A DNA stretch of 64,000 bases, taken from assembly GCA_900544545.1 (NCBI GenBank), contig UQVY01000003.1, positions 10,862-74,861 of the forward strand, read 5' to 3'. Origin of the DNA: an uncultured Eubacteriales bacterium (lineage in GTDB: Bacteria > Bacillota > Clostridia > Christensenellales > CAG-314). Each line of letters starts with the position of its first letter. Position 1 is the first letter of the stretch. The notes beneath the pieces were generated by a model. That model did not search any database and had not been told where the DNA came from. It saw nothing but the letters and a program-made list of their open reading frames with translations. Shown piece by piece: positions 62,387 through 64,000 of the stretch. A program made the translations under genes and the position numbers.

Positions 62387-62790
62387 GTACGCGGGACAAA
62401 GTCAGGAACTACCTGACGGTTTCCGGAATTGCGATTTTGTTCGTCGTCGTCGTGCTTTTCCTGAAGGAATCATTTTCCGCGGGACAGCCCGAACGGCTTG
62501 TGCGCGACCTTTGCGACGCATTCTTCATTTCCGCCGTGTTCATTGCCGGAGTAGGCGGGCTTTTTTGGGCGGCGAGCTTCGGAACGTTCGATATTTTCGG
62601 TTACAGCATAGGTCTTACCTTCGACGCGGCGTTTTCCTTCAAGAAGAATTGGAAGAAGAAGGAAGATTTCTACGAATACAAGGTTCGCAAAGGCGCAAAA
62701 AGAGCAGAGTACAGACATTTGCTAATCATCGGCGGAGTAATGTTAGTGATCGCGATGTACGCTTTGTTAATGTACAGCCTGATGTTTTAA
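62383..62790 (+). CDS. Small membrane protein, DUF3899-like, translationally coupled to the ABC operon
   Basis: ATGA overlap with the oppF stop. Three TM segments flanking [13 protein letters not shown]...[10 protein letters not shown]. Confidence 0.5.
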   Translation: MSTRDKVRNYLTVSGIAILFVVVVLFLKESFSAGQPERLVRDLCDAFFISAVFIAGVGGLFWAASFGTFDIFGYSIGLTFDAAFSFKKNWKKKEDFYEYKVRKGAKRAEYRHLLIIGGVMLVIAMYALLMYSLMF

Positions 62791-63469
62791 AAGTATTTCG
62801 GATACGTCGCCCTCGTCGGCGGCGTATCTTTCGCCCGTTTTATCGAACATATATTCAATTTAAATTTCACCTGAAAATCCGGATTTTTCGGGATTTTCGG
62901 AAGGCTTTTCGGGATTATCCGCGGAGGGCGTTAAAATTGAACGTCCGAGTGAATCATTTAGCTATATCGGCATAATCACGAAGTCGGAAAGGACGCGGGG
63001 CGAAAATCCGCGCAAAAAATCCGAGCGGAAACGACGAATCGGGCGGGAAAATTCTTCAAAATTGCGCAAAAATCGACTTGCAACAGGGACGGAGTTTGTT
63101 GCAAAGGAGGCTTTTCGCGGGAATTTTGCGGAAAAACGTCCGAAAAAGTCCCGCTTACGATGAATTTCAGGGCGAAAAAGCCCGAAGAGCAGGGATTATC
63201 CGCGCGAAGAAGCGAATTCCGCCGAAAAACTCTTCCGAACGCCAAATCGAGGCTAAACTACAAGATATTCAAAATTACTACTAAATTTTAAACGAATATA
63301 AAAAATGCTGAATATTTTGCCGAAAAATCGCCGAAATCGCCAATATCGTTATAAATATATCGATAAAACCGTATCTTTGCAACGGTGACGGTCGATTTAA
63401 CAACGCTTTATCTGAGGAAAAATTTTTGCAAAAAAACCTCAAATTGTTTGAAAATCCGACAGTTTTGAT

Positions 63470-63498
63470 TTGACAACGAAACGATGTTATGTTAAAAT
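63470..63498 (+). promoter_or_regulatory. Consensus sigma-A promoter of dusB
   Basis: TTGACA (63470-63475), 17 nt, TGt-TAAAAT (63493-63498). The -10 element ends only 6 nt before ATG 63505. Confidence 0.7.
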
Positions 63499-63504
63499 CA
63501 ATCG

Positions 63505-64000
63505 ATGAAAAAGCAAGAGATACGAAGGGGCGCACTGATGCTTGCGCCGATGGCGGGGTACACCGACGTCGGATTCAGGGCTTTGTGCGCGAAATACGGC
63601 GCGGATATCACCGTAACCGAAATGGTTTCGTCCAAGGCTCTGGTTTACGAAAATCGCGTGACGCTCGACCTGCTCAGGACCTCCGATTCCGAGGCGTTCA
63701 GGTGCGTTCAGCTTTTCGGCCACGAGCCGGAGGTTATGCGCGCGGCGGCGGAAAAGGCCGAAATCGGGAAATTCGACGCGATCGACGTAAATATGGGCTG
63801 CCCGATGCCCAAGATTTTCGGTAACGGCGACGGCTGTGCGCTTATGGAGAACCCTTCTCTTGCCGCGAAGATCGTACGGGCGGTTAGGGACGCCTCCCGA
63901 AAGCCGGTTACGGTAAAGTTCAGGCTCGGAATCGACGCGGCTTCGATCAACGCGGTTGATTTCGCGAAGGTTTGCGCCGACGCCGGAGCGGACGCGCTGA
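63505..64000 (+). CDS. dusB: tRNA-dihydrouridine synthase, 3' end outside window
   Basis: My own translation of frame 1: MKKQEIRRGALMLAPMAGYTDVGFRALC...DAIDVNMGCPMPKI...VTVKFRLG. Open to nt 64000. Absent from the ORF track, presumably because it has no in-window stop. Confidence 0.85.
   Translation, partial: MKKQEIRRGALMLAPMAGYTDVGFRALCAKYGADITVTEMVSSKALVYENRVTLDLLRTSDSEAFRCVQLFGHEPEVMRAAAEKAEIGKFDAIDVNMGCPMPKIFGNGDGCALMENPSLAAKIVRAVRDASRKPVTVKFRLGIDAASINAVDFAKVCADAGADAL

Overview
This looks like a chromosomal segment from a spore-forming Firmicute, probably Clostridia-like. The evidence is spoIIGA-sigE, whiA, a Ger(x)C-family gene and pgpH/ybeY/era/yqzL/recO synteny. I call about 48 protein genes, 41 of them on the + strand. 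I could not recognise any rRNA, tRNA, CRISPR array, transposase, integrase, phage gene or defence gene. Most content is housekeeping: ppiB, maf, an MreB-like gene, a 7TM-HD hydrolase, a YbeY-Era fusion, recO, glpK, glgCDA, rplI, apbE, lpd, gyrBA, nfnAB-like, tldD/pmbA, a Na/Pi transporter, parEC, whiA and dusB. There are also several surface or lipoproteins. I did not find a clear-cut new multi-gene system. The things I would look at again are: (1) an Opp/Dpp-type ABC operon (53.2-62.8 kb) in which four of five components carry large internal insertions with intact catalytic motifs; this is my best candidate for something undescribed. (2) Five same-orientation DnaA boxes within 74 bp, in a 1.1-kb non-coding gap that is not a normal oriC context. 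(3) YbeY and Era fused through an acidic linker. (4) Near-total absence of sense codons TTA/CTA/TCA in the high-GC genes, which creates huge stop-free antisense shadow ORFs (1481 codons over gyrBA), while the lower-GC spoIIGA-sigE island does use these codons. (5) Degenerate tandem duplications in many intergenic spacers, several of which copy the last codons plus the stop of the upstream gene. GC statements are by eye; no computation or database search was possible.
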